A DNA stretch of 32,729 nucleotides from a virus. Its lineage: Duplodnaviria > Caudoviricetes. Under the pieces are notes generated by a model. That model worked only from the letters and a program-made list of their open reading frames with translations. It searched no databases and was not told the origin of the DNA. The position numbers and the translations under genes are program-made. Each line of letters opens with the position of its first letter. Position 1 is the stretch's first letter. This document shows, piece after piece, positions 1 to 8,478 of the stretch. Location of the stretch: positions 1-32,729 of the IMG/VR virus record IMGVR_UViG_3300016665_000258; one strand, given 5' to 3'.

Positions 1-9
1 CTTGAATTC

Positions 10-237
10 ATGCAAAAGAATGACTTGGACCTCTATGAGATGATGGACCAACTCGAAGTTGCATTGATTCTGGAATCCATCAAAAAGTGCAATGGCAACT
101 ATTCGGCTGCCGCCCGGTTGCTTCGAATCAACCGCACCACCTTCATGATGAAGCTTTACAAAGTCAGGCATTTTGACGTGCCATTTCCAAAAGAACCGGA
201 AGCACCCAAGCCCGAACTAATTGAAGCTGAAAGCTGA
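10..237 (+). CDS. Fis-family (HTH_8) DNA-binding protein
   Basis: LE..LI..S...CNGNYSAAARLLRINRTTF..KL matches the Fis/NtrC C-terminal HTH; true start may lie near the window edge. Confidence 0.8.
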   Translation: MQKNDLDLYEMMDQLEVALILESIKKCNGNYSAAARLLRINRTTFMMKLYKVRHFDVPFPKEPEAPKPELIEAES

Positions 238-260
238 AATAGGTCAAAATAGGCAACACC

Positions 261-569
261 ATGGGTGAAAGATTTGGTGGCCGAAAGAAAGGCACCCCCA
301 ACAAGACAACCCGGGAAGTCAAAGAATGGTTTGCGTTAGTCTTTCGGATGATCCAGAAAGACCCGAACGTGAACCTTTTGGCTTGGGCCAAGGCCAACCC
401 TTCAGAATTTTATCGGCTTGCTGCTAAGCTTATCCCGGTCCAGAACCAAGTGACCGGGGCCGAAGGCAAGCCCATTGAAGTTGTGGCTAAGCGTGACTTC
501 GAAGCCTTGCCCCTTCAAGACTTGGAAGCAATCGAAGCCATTCTGAACAAGCCAAAGGAATTGGAGTGA
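261..569 (+). CDS. terS: Terminase small subunit
   Basis: N-terminal GGRKKGTPNK motif and 'VTGAEGKPIEV' C-terminal motif; GTGA overlap with the large subunit. Confidence 0.75.
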   Translation: MGERFGGRKKGTPNKTTREVKEWFALVFRMIQKDPNVNLLAWAKANPSEFYRLAAKLIPVQNQVTGAEGKPIEVVAKRDFEALPLQDLEAIEAILNKPKELE

Positions 570-2032
570 ATGAAGCGGAAATCCGGGCATTCTATTCCGC
601 CCTTGCAAAGAAGTCTTTCAAGCACTTCATCAAGCTTTCAAAACCTGATTACGAATTCAACTGGCACCATCTTCGCCTGATTGAAAAGCTTCAAGACTTT
701 GCAGACGGCAAAATCAAGCGGTTGATGGTCTTCATGCCACCACGGCATGGAAAGTCTGAATTGACATCAAGGCGGTTCCCGGCTTGGCTATTGGGCCGGA
801 ATCCCCGGGCCAAGATCATTGCCACGTCATACGCTGCCGAACTTGCCTCAAGCTTCAACCGGGACGTTCAGCGCATTATTGATGAAGACAAATTCCAAGA
901 CCTATTCCCCGAAACAAAACTGAACGGGTCCAACGTCCGCACCACCAAGTCATGGCTTCGCAACAATGACATTTTTGAAGTTGTCAATCATGGTGGATTC
1001 TATCGGTGCGCCGGAGTGGGTGGGGCAATCACCGGCTTGGGTGGTGACTACCTGATTGTTGATGACCCATTCAAGAATTATGAGGAAGCGAAAAGCCCGA
1101 CGATTCGCAAAAAGGTGTTTGAGTGGTACACGTCCACCCTATACACACGGCAAGAAAAGAATGCCGGCATTCTGATCATCCAAACCCGGTGGCATGAAGA
1201 TGACCTTGCCGGGATGTTGCTTCAGATGCAGCGCAAGGGCGGTGACTTTGCCGACACATGGGAAGTCATCAACTTTCCGGCCGTGCTTGAACACCCGTCC
1301 GATGGTGACCCCCGGGAAGTGGGGCAAGCCTTGTGGCCGAACAAGTATGATGAACGGTGGATGAACATCACCAAAACGTCCCTTGGGTCTTTCCAATTCT
1401 CTGCCCTATACCAACAAAACCCCACCCCGGATGAAGGGCAATTCGTCCGGGCTTCATGGCTCAAAACCTACGGTGTCACGCCGGACCATTTCGACAAGAT
1501 TTGCATGAGTTGGGACATGACATTTGGCAGCGAAAAGAAAACGGCCGATTTTGTGGTGGGTGCCGTGTACGGAAAGGTGGGGTCAAGCGTTTACCTGATC
1601 GACAAAATACGTGGGCAATGGGATTTCCCCGAGACAATCGCACAATTCAAAAGGCTTGTTGCCAAGCACCCCAAGGTGAATGCCAAGTTGATTGAAGCCA
1701 AGGCGAACGGCCAAGCGGTGATTGATTCATTGAAGAAAGAAATCGGTGGCATCATCCCGGTGGTTCCCACGTCTTCGAAGTCATCCCGGCTTGCCGCTTG
1801 CCAACCATACTATGAGGCCGGAAACATTTTTTACCCAAGCCCGATGATTGCGCCTTGGGTCGGACAGCACATTGATGAATTGGTTGGCTTCCCCAATGTC
1901 AAAAATGATGACTCAGTGGATGCCGAAACCCAAGCAATCCAATGGCTGCTTTCAAGTGGTGTTGCCAAGTTCTCTGACAGCTTCACCGATTTTGTTCCTT
2001 CGGGGTTTGATAACGGAAAAATTCACTGGTAG
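566..2032 (+). CDS. terL: Terminase large subunit
   Basis: Walker A MPPRHGKS, Walker B LIVDDP, IQTRWHEDD, nuclease-domain SWD and DDSVDA motifs. Confidence 0.97.
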   Translation: MNEAEIRAFYSALAKKSFKHFIKLSKPDYEFNWHHLRLIEKLQDFADGKIKRLMVFMPPRHGKSELTSRRFPAWLLGRNPRAKIIATSYAAELASSFNRDVQRIIDEDKFQDLFPETKLNGSNVRTTKSWLRNNDIFEVVNHGGFYRCAGVGGAITGLGGDYLIVDDPFKNYEEAKSPTIRKKVFEWYTSTLYTRQEKNAGILIIQTRWHEDDLAGMLLQMQRKGGDFADTWEVINFPAVLEHPSDGDPREVGQALWPNKYDERWMNITKTSLGSFQFSALYQQNPTPDEGQFVRASWLKTYGVTPDHFDKICMSWDMTFGSEKKTADFVVGAVYGKVGSSVYLIDKIRGQWDFPETIAQFKRLVAKHPKVNAKLIEAKANGQAVIDSLKKEIGGIIPVVPTSSKSSRLAACQPYYEAGNIFYPSPMIAPWVGQHIDELVGFPNVKNDDSVDAETQAIQWLLSSGVAKFSDSFTDFVPSGFDNGKIHW

Positions 2033-2041
2033 GGTTGTCAC

Positions 2042-4861
2042 ATGGGTCTTTTGAATCTATTGCTTGGAAAAAGCGGCAACCAATCACAACCAACACCGGC
2101 AGACGTTGAAACAAAGAACGTGCGTGGCGTTGAAGTCAAGGTTTTGGAAATCGGGACCCCGGGCACGGAAATCTATGCCGGCTACCTTTCAGAAGAATAT
2201 CTGAAGGAATTGACCGGGAAAGAATGGGCGGACAAGGTGGACATGATGCGCCGGTCCGATGCCAACATCCGGATGGTGTTGAATGCAATCAAGCTTCCCC
2301 TGAAGTCATCCCCTTGGACCATTGCCGTCAAAGAAAAAACTGAGGAAGCCGAACTTCAGAAAAAGCTTTTTGAAAAAATCCTTTTCGAAGACCTCAACAA
2401 ATCATTCACCCAATTGCTTGGTGAAATCCTGACGTGCTTGGATTTCGGCTACTCGATTTTTGACATTACCCATGCCGTGAAATCTGATTCTGACCTTGGT
2501 GGATACAATGGTCTTAAATCCTTGGGCTATCGTTCACAGCGCACCATTGACCGGTGGAATCTGAATGACTCCCGGGACCTTGAAAGCATCACACAAATTG
2601 CCTATGGGGATGAAGGCGGGGCATTTGAACTTGATGCCCGGTTCATTCTGCACTTCGCACCCGAGCGTGAAGGTGACAACTTCGAAGGTGTCTCGGTTCT
2701 CCGGGCCTGTTATGGGCCTTGGTTCCGCAAGAATGAATTCTTGAAAAAGCTTTCCATCGGCATTGAAAAGTTTGCCGTTCCAACGGCCGTGTTGACTGTG
2801 CCAGAAGGCACCGAAGGCAAGCCGGAAATGGCTGCCGCAAAGAAAGCTTTGTCGTGCTACACGTCCGGGGCAACCAACTACCTGATTCTGCCCGAAGGCT
2901 TCAAGCTTTCGTTCAACAATGTGAGTGTTGACGTTGAAAAGATCAGGGCGGCCATCAATGCCGAAAACCAAGAAATGGTGAACAGCATTCTTGCAAGCTT
3001 CCTTTTGCTTGGTCAGAACGGTGCCGGGTCACTTGCCCTTGCCGGGTCACTTTCCGATTTCTTCAGTCAGACCATCCAGTACATTGCCGACCACATTTCG
3101 GAACAATTTGAGCGCAAGATTTTCAAGCCATTGGTGCAGATGAATTTTGGCCACGGCCGGGTGCTTGTGGACCTCAAGTGTGACGGCTTGGAACATCGGG
3201 CCAATGAAGCTTGGGCCAATATGGTCAACGGCTTCATTTCGACCGGGGCAATCAAGGCCGATGAAGACCTTGAAAAGAATCTCAGGGAAAAGTTGAAGTT
3301 GCCGCCGGTCCGGGAAGATGAACTTGCCGGCATTGGCGCACCCGGACCATTGACCCCAAGCCCGGTACAACCCGAAGGTGCGGACATTCAAAGCCAAGCA
3401 TTGAACGGGGCACAGATTGCAAGCCTTGTGGACGTGATCCAAAAGGTTGCGGCCGGATTGCTTCCCCGTGAATCGGCGGTTGAAATCCTTCAGGTGGCAT
3501 TCCAACTTGACCGGGCCGAAGCTGACCGGGTGCTAGGTGGTGCCGGCGGTTCATTCAAGATTGATCCGGGTGCCCTGAAGTCATTGGCCGAAAAAAAAAA
3601 GCCAAAAAAAGAACACCCTGAAGCGCAATTGATCCGGGACGCATCCCGGCGAATCCGGACCTTGGGGCGTGCCATGCTGCCGGCATTTGCCACAAAATAT
3701 GCCCGGGCCGTCATGATTCAAAAGGCCAAAGCCAATGAAGCAACGGCAATCAAGGCACCCGTCAACGCTTCCGTGCCAAGCCTAGCAGCCTATCAGAGCG
3801 CACTTCGGGCGGCCTATGCCATTGCATCAATCCAATCGGCAGACCTTCAGGAAAAGGCGTTTAGGGGGTCCAAAAGGAAGCTTTCGGAATTCCGGCTTGC
3901 GTCCACCAAATTGAAGCGGGTGACCGATGCCATCAGTCAATTTGAATCAGCCTTGAAGGAATTGGAAGCGGCACAGACCACCACCGAACTTGACTTGGCA
4001 ATTGGCAACGTCTTCAGCGTATCGGACCGGGCAAACGGGATCTTTTTTGAATACGTTTCATTTCCTCAAAAGCAAGCAATCACGGCCAAGGCTGAAGTGT
4101 TCAGTGACACCCAAAAGAATGACATCATGAAGGCGGTTGACCTTCAATATCAGTCTTCCCTTTCCTATGCCGACGACAATCAATTGGAAGATGACATGAT
4201 GAATGCAGCAGAAAAGGCAATCAACGGCCCAATGACTGTGGCCGGCCCGGACGTTCAGGCATCCCAAGTGGTGAATGAATCCCTTGATGAAGCGGCCGAG
4301 CGGTTCAGTGAAGAAACCGGCATTGAAATCGTGTCACACACCTTTATTGCTGTGGATGATGATGCCACCACCGAATTGTGTTCAGAACTTGACGGGTCCA
4401 CCTTCGGGCCGGAAGATCCCGATTTCAAGAAATACACGCCACCATTGCACTATAATTGCCGTTCATTCATGCAAGTGAATACAAGTCAGACCCGGGACAA
4501 TCCAGAAATCACCGGGGCACCCAAGCTTTCCAAAAAGGCACAATCCCAATTGGTGCTTGCTGAATCGGCACCTGCTCAATTTGAATTGGCCGAATACCAA
4601 GGCCGGAAGGTTGAACTTGAAAAGCCATTCCGCACCCCGGAAGGCCCGAAAAAGTTCGGGGTTTATGTCAAGAATGACAAAGGCAATGTTGTGCTTGTCC
4701 GTTTCGGTGATCCCAACATGGACATCAAGCGTGATGACCCCGAGCGAAGAAAGAACTTCAGGGCAAGGCACAAGTGTGATGTGGACCCCGGGCCAAAGTG
4801 GAAAGCAAAGTATTGGTCTTGCAAGTTCTGGTCAGATGAAAAGGTTGGCGAACTTGTTTGA
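2042..4861 (+). CDS. Portal protein (Mu gp29/DUF935-like) fused to MuF/SPP1-gp7 head morphogenesis domain and a C-terminal DUF6321-like domain
   Basis: Follows terL; portal features (LDFGYSIFDI, G.SVLRACY.PW, IEKFAVP); MuF motif D..TT.LC..LDG...PPLHYNCRS; C-terminal KKFGVYVKN..VRFGDPNM..RRKNFRARHKCD..KAKYWSC. Confidence 0.88.
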   Translation: MGLLNLLLGKSGNQSQPTPADVETKNVRGVEVKVLEIGTPGTEIYAGYLSEEYLKELTGKEWADKVDMMRRSDANIRMVLNAIKLPLKSSPWTIAVKEKTEEAELQKKLFEKILFEDLNKSFTQLLGEILTCLDFGYSIFDITHAVKSDSDLGGYNGLKSLGYRSQRTIDRWNLNDSRDLESITQIAYGDEGGAFELDARFILHFAPEREGDNFEGVSVLRACYGPWFRKNEFLKKLSIGIEKFAVPTAVLTVPEGTEGKPEMAAAKKALSCYTSGATNYLILPEGFKLSFNNVSVDVEKIRAAINAENQEMVNSILASFLLLGQNGAGSLALAGSLSDFFSQTIQYIADHISEQFERKIFKPLVQMNFGHGRVLVDLKCDGLEHRANEAWANMVNGFISTGAIKADEDLEKNLREKLKLPPVREDELAGIGAPGPLTPSPVQPEGADIQSQALNGAQIASLVDVIQKVAAGLLPRESAVEILQVAFQLDRAEADRVLGGAGGSFKIDPGALKSLAEKKKPKKEHPEAQLIRDASRRIRTLGRAMLPAFATKYARAVMIQKAKANEATAIKAPVNASVPSLAAYQSALRAAYAIASIQSADLQEKAFRGSKRKLSEFRLASTKLKRVTDAISQFESALKELEAAQTTTELDLAIGNVFSVSDRANGIFFEYVSFPQKQAITAKAEVFSDTQKNDIMKAVDLQYQSSLSYADDNQLEDDMMNAAEKAINGPMTVAGPDVQASQVVNESLDEAAERFSEETGIEIVSHTFIAVDDDATTELCSELDGSTFGPEDPDFKKYTPPLHYNCRSFMQVNTSQTRDNPEITGAPKLSKKAQSQLVLAESAPAQFELAEYQGRKVELEKPFRTPEGPKKFGVYVKNDKGNVVLVRFGDPNMDIKRDDPERRKNFRARHKCDVDPGPKWKAKYWSCKFWSDEKVGELV

Positions 4862-4914
4862 CTGTCAAAATAAACTGAATTGAAGCACGACAACAAAAGT
4901 GAAAGGATTGTTTC

Positions 4915-6051
4915 ATGTCTAGTGGTTACAAGATCAAGATGACAAAGTTCATTCTCGGTGATGATGGCTTGGTGTCATCCACCGGTGAGCGCATCCGGTC
5001 CATGCAAATCTTGCGCACCGGTGCCTTCAGTGACCCCCGGTATGGCCGTTTTGAAATCACCAAGCCCATGTTGGCCGACATGGTGAAGAATTTTTCCGAA
5101 GGTGTTCGGGGCGTGATCCCGGCACTTGATTACAAGCATGAATCGGATGATGTGGCCGCCGGTTGGTTCAAAAGCCTTTACTTGAAAGAAGACGGGGAAG
5201 AACTTTGGGCCGATATTGAAATGACCCCCAAGGGCGAAAAGATTCTTGGTGATAAAGAATTCGGGTATGTGTCGGCAGACTTTGACACCGAATATCAGGA
5301 CAATGAAAATCTGAAAAAGTTTGGTTGTGTTTTGCTTGGTGCGGGTTTGACCAACCGGCCAGTCATCAAACGGATGGAAAGTGTGATTCAACTTTCTGAA
5401 AAAGAAAAAGATCCCGTTTCCGAAAAAATCAGCAAGCTTGTTGGCGAGGGTTATCCTCAAGACCAAGCGGTTGCCATTGCTTTGGAAATGGAACGAAAAG
5501 GCAAACTGTCAGAAGGAGACAAAGAGATGGAAGAAAAAATGAAGGAAATGGAAGCCAAGCTTTCTGAAATGGAAGCCAAGCTTGCCGAATCTGAAAAGAT
5601 GTGTGCCGAATACAAGGCGAAGCTTGCAGAAATGGAAGCAAAGCCGGCCGAAGAAATGAAGCCGGAAATGCCCGAAGAAGAAAAGAAACCAGAAATTGAA
5701 ATTGAACTTGCCGCAGCCAAGAAAGAATTGGCCGAAGTGAAAGGGAAATTGACCCTTGCTGAAAAGACTTCGGAGTTTTCCATTCTTTTGGCCGAAGGCA
5801 AAGCTTGTGAAGCACAGCGTGAAGCATTCATTGCGGGTGACATGAAGTCTTTCATTGAAAAGGCCGTCCCTGTAAAGCTTGCCGAAAGCGGCCATTCCGC
5901 AAAACCCCCGGTTGAAGTGGGTGGGGATGCACAAGAAGAAGTTCTTTCACTGGCAAAAAAGCTTAGTGAAGAAAAGAAAATCAGCATGAAGGAAGCAATT
6001 TCCCAAGTGCTGAAAACCAACAACAAGCTTGCTGAAAAAATCAGCAAGTAA
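4915..6051 (+). CDS. Mu gpI-like prohead protease with C-terminal scaffold
   Basis: DYKH, AAGW, W..I..TP.G, FGYVSADF, LLGAGLTNRP motifs of the Mu-like protease; Glu/Lys-rich coiled-coil C-terminus; SD GAAAGGA. Confidence 0.9.
   Translation: MSSGYKIKMTKFILGDDGLVSSTGERIRSMQILRTGAFSDPRYGRFEITKPMLADMVKNFSEGVRGVIPALDYKHESDDVAAGWFKSLYLKEDGEELWADIEMTPKGEKILGDKEFGYVSADFDTEYQDNENLKKFGCVLLGAGLTNRPVIKRMESVIQLSEKEKDPVSEKISKLVGEGYPQDQAVAIALEMERKGKLSEGDKEMEEKMKEMEAKLSEMEAKLAESEKMCAEYKAKLAEMEAKPAEEMKPEMPEEEKKPEIEIELAAAKKELAEVKGKLTLAEKTSEFSILLAEGKACEAQREAFIAGDMKSFIEKAVPVKLAESGHSAKPPVEVGGDAQEEVLSLAKKLSEEKKISMKEAISQVLKTNNKLAEKISK
5527..6051 (+). CDS. Probable internally initiated scaffold protein (Mu gpZ-like)
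   Basis: AAGGAG at 5513-5518, 8 nt before in-frame ATG 5527, exactly where the coiled-coil region starts. Confidence 0.6.
   Translation: MEEKMKEMEAKLSEMEAKLAESEKMCAEYKAKLAEMEAKPAEEMKPEMPEEEKKPEIEIELAAAKKELAEVKGKLTLAEKTSEFSILLAEGKACEAQREAFIAGDMKSFIEKAVPVKLAESGHSAKPPVEVGGDAQEEVLSLAKKLSEEKKISMKEAISQVLKTNNKLAEKISK
5545..5583 (+). repeat. 21-nt period tandem repeat GAAATGGAAGCCAAGCTT x2 (coiled-coil heptad EMEAKL)
   Basis: Exact copies at 5545-5562 and 5566-5583; degenerate third copy near 5629. Confidence 0.8.
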
Positions 6052-6069
6052 CAGGAAGGAAAAAAAAGA

Positions 6070-6444
6070 ATGTCTCAAGTTTACTTGAAGCCAATCATTC
6101 AAGCTTTCTCTGCCGGTGCCGATCTTTCGGCGCATCAGTATAAGCTTGTGAAGTTTGACGCAACCAACAACAGCGTTGTCCTTTGTGGCAATGCTGAAAA
6201 GCCCATGGGTGTTCTCATGAATGCCCCGGCATCTGGCGAACTTGCCGAAGTTGCCGTGCAGGGTGGTGCCAAGGTGAAAATTGGTTCCACTATGTCCACC
6301 CTTGGTGGTTCGATTGCATCCGCTGCAAGCGGTGTTGCACGTGCTGCCGTTGCCGGTGAATGGGCAATTGGTACACAACAAGATGCAGGTGTTTCGGGTG
6401 ACATCATCCCGATCATTATCGACCTTCACCAACTTGACGCATAA
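6070..6444 (+). CDS. Capsid decoration/cement protein (DUF2190-like)
   Basis: AGADLS..QYKLVK, PMGVL.N.P.SGE.A.V...G motifs; small Ala/Gly-rich protein between scaffold and capsid. Confidence 0.8.
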   Translation: MSQVYLKPIIQAFSAGADLSAHQYKLVKFDATNNSVVLCGNAEKPMGVLMNAPASGELAEVAVQGGAKVKIGSTMSTLGGSIASAASGVARAAVAGEWAIGTQQDAGVSGDIIPIIIDLHQLDA

Positions 6445-6463
6445 TTGAAAGGAAACAAACACA

Positions 6464-7390
6464 ATGGCACAAACAAAAGCAATTGTTGATAAGCTACTGA
6501 CAAATGTGTCCAACGGGATTTTTCCCGCCGGATACATTGCCGACAAAGTTCTGCCCGAACTTGTTGTGAAACAAAAGTCTGGATTGATCGGCTCTTATGG
6601 CAACAACCATTTGCGCCTTTCGGATGACCTGATTGGTGGCCGTGCTGAAGCACGCCGTGCCGATCCTATCACCCGGGCTTCCCAAACCTATCTTCTTGAA
6701 TCGCACGCCCTTGAAGGCGTTGTGACCCAAGACGACTATGCCAACGTTGAACAGCCTTATGACGCTGAAGCGGATGAAGTTGCAGGATTGACCCACCTTG
6801 TTCTGACCAACAAGGAACGGGCTTTCGCAAGCACCCTTTTCAGCACTTCGGTTTTCTCGGGCCGTGTTACCACCCCGGGCACCAAGTACGGTTCTAGCTC
6901 TTCGGACCCACTTGCTGACTTCAAAACCGCTCAGAATGCAATCGTTGATTCTGTCGGAATGCAGCCAAATGCCGTGATTATGTCTCAGAAAGTTTTCAAC
7001 ATTCTGAAGTATCATCCACAACTTGCTGACGTTCTCGGTTTCAAATACAATCAAGCCGGTTCCCTGACTGCACTTGATATTGCAAACGCTCTGAACGTTG
7101 AAGAAGTGTTGATTGCCAATGCACCATATAACAGCGCAAAGGAAGGCCAAGCTGACTCCATGACTCAGATTTGGGCCGACTCCATGCTGTTCTATGTGAA
7201 GCCGAAGGCGGCCGCAAAATATCAAATCAGCCTTGGTTACTCCATGAAGCTTTCCGGGATTGCCGGACGTGAAGTGTACAAGTATGACCTGAACAATCCT
7301 CCCGGAAGCACCGGAATCATTGTTCAAGACGTTTATCAGTGCAAGCTTGTAAACGCATCTGCCGGCTACTTGCTGAATTCGGTTCTCTAA
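6464..7390 (+). CDS. Major capsid protein
   Basis: VDKLLTNVS..Y.AD.V.P N-terminus, SSDPLAD, G..PN..IM; 308 aa; strong SD; followed by a terminator. Confidence 0.9.
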   Translation: MAQTKAIVDKLLTNVSNGIFPAGYIADKVLPELVVKQKSGLIGSYGNNHLRLSDDLIGGRAEARRADPITRASQTYLLESHALEGVVTQDDYANVEQPYDAEADEVAGLTHLVLTNKERAFASTLFSTSVFSGRVTTPGTKYGSSSSDPLADFKTAQNAIVDSVGMQPNAVIMSQKVFNILKYHPQLADVLGFKYNQAGSLTALDIANALNVEEVLIANAPYNSAKEGQADSMTQIWADSMLFYVKPKAAAKYQISLGYSMKLSGIAGREVYKYDLNNPPGSTGIIVQDVYQCKLVNASAGYLLNSVL

Positions 7391-7402
7391 TTCTCCGATG
7401 CA

Positions 7403-7442
7403 CCCCACCCCCTTTGGGAATCCCTTTGGGGGTGGGGATTTT
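7403..7442 (+). terminator. Intrinsic terminator after capsid gene
   Basis: CCCCACCCCC (7403-7412) pairs with GGGGGTGGGG (7428-7437), inner GGG-AAT-CCC, followed by ATTTT. Confidence 0.8.
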
Positions 7443-7462
7443 AACAGAAAGGAAGACCCACG

Positions 7463-7909
7463 GTGTACGCAACAACACAAGACATTGAAGGCGAATTCAA
7501 GGCCACACAATTCACTTCATCATCTGCCGTGACTTCCAACCAAGTGCTTGATTGGATCAAGCAAGAATCAGCTTATATCAACGGGATGATTGCCCTTCGG
7601 TATGTCACCCCGGTTGCTTCCACTTATGAAGAAGCATTTTTGATTCTCAAAAGAATTTGCGTGTACCGGGTTGCCGAGCGTGTAAAGAACAAGCTTGAAG
7701 TGAAATCCGGCATTTCCCAAACCGATCAGGAAGTGAAGGCGTTGAACTTCACCCGGACCCCAAACGCTGACCTGAAGGCTATTGTTGACGGGGATTTGAT
7801 TTTGAAAGGTGTTCCCCTTGTGTCTTCAACCGGTGCCGTGTCTTCATGGTGTGAGCCGGATTGTGATTCATCAGACTGCCACACCTTTGACGGGTCACAA
7901 CAATGGTGA
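7463..7909 (+). CDS. Head-tail adaptor (Mu gp36-like)
   Basis: MYAT..DI start, SAYING.IA.RYVTPV, DLKAIVDG; GTG start with SD GAAAGGA; position after the capsid gene. Confidence 0.75.
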   Translation: MYATTQDIEGEFKATQFTSSSAVTSNQVLDWIKQESAYINGMIALRYVTPVASTYEEAFLILKRICVYRVAERVKNKLEVKSGISQTDQEVKALNFTRTPNADLKAIVDGDLILKGVPLVSSTGAVSSWCEPDCDSSDCHTFDGSQQW

Positions 7910-8478
7910 ACTTCAAGGTTGAGAATCAGTCAGTATTCGCAAACCTGTCAAAGTATGGTGAACAGGTTTCAGACCTTCGGCCGCCCCTGCTTCAGATTGC
8001 CCGGGAATTCTACAAATCAAACAAGTTCATTTTTGACGTTGGTGGTCCAACCCAAAGAAAATACCCCGACTTTACCGGGCCGAAGATTGCCCAAACGTGG
8101 CAAGACCCGGGCCGCCCTTGGATGCGCACCCGTGACGGAAGCATGACGGCCTACCAATGGGCCAAAACGCAAGCAGAATGGCCGGGAGTGAACACTAGGG
8201 GTTACCCATTGCTTCGGGCATCCGGTGCGCTAGAACGGTCAATCACGCAAGATGGTGACACCAATTCGGTGAAGGTCATCACAAAGAAAAGCTTGGTGAT
8301 TGGGACCAATGTTGAATATGGAATCCATCACCAATTCGGGGCACCAAAGGCGAACGTTCCAATGCGAAAATTTTTGTTCATTGATGCGTCAACCGATCAA
8401 AGGCTTTCCAGACGGTCCGAAGCTTGGACCAAGGCGATTCAGACTTACATTGAAAGGTTGATTCCAACCAATGGCTAA
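7903..8478 (+). CDS. Virion morphogenesis/neck protein (Mu gpG / P2 gpS-like)
   Basis: L..SG.L..SI, GTNVEYGIHHQFG, P.R.FL motifs. Confidence 0.85.
   Translation: MVNFKVENQSVFANLSKYGEQVSDLRPPLLQIAREFYKSNKFIFDVGGPTQRKYPDFTGPKIAQTWQDPGRPWMRTRDGSMTAYQWAKTQAEWPGVNTRGYPLLRASGALERSITQDGDTNSVKVITKKSLVIGTNVEYGIHHQFGAPKANVPMRKFLFIDASTDQRLSRRSEAWTKAIQTYIERLIPTNG

Noticed and set aside
5429-6546. Several overlapping - strand ORFs
   Set aside because: Low-complexity Ser/Phe-rich mirrors of the Glu/Lys-rich scaffold and decoration genes
6494-7510. 338-aa - strand ORF
   Set aside because: Antisense to the major capsid gene; no protein-like features
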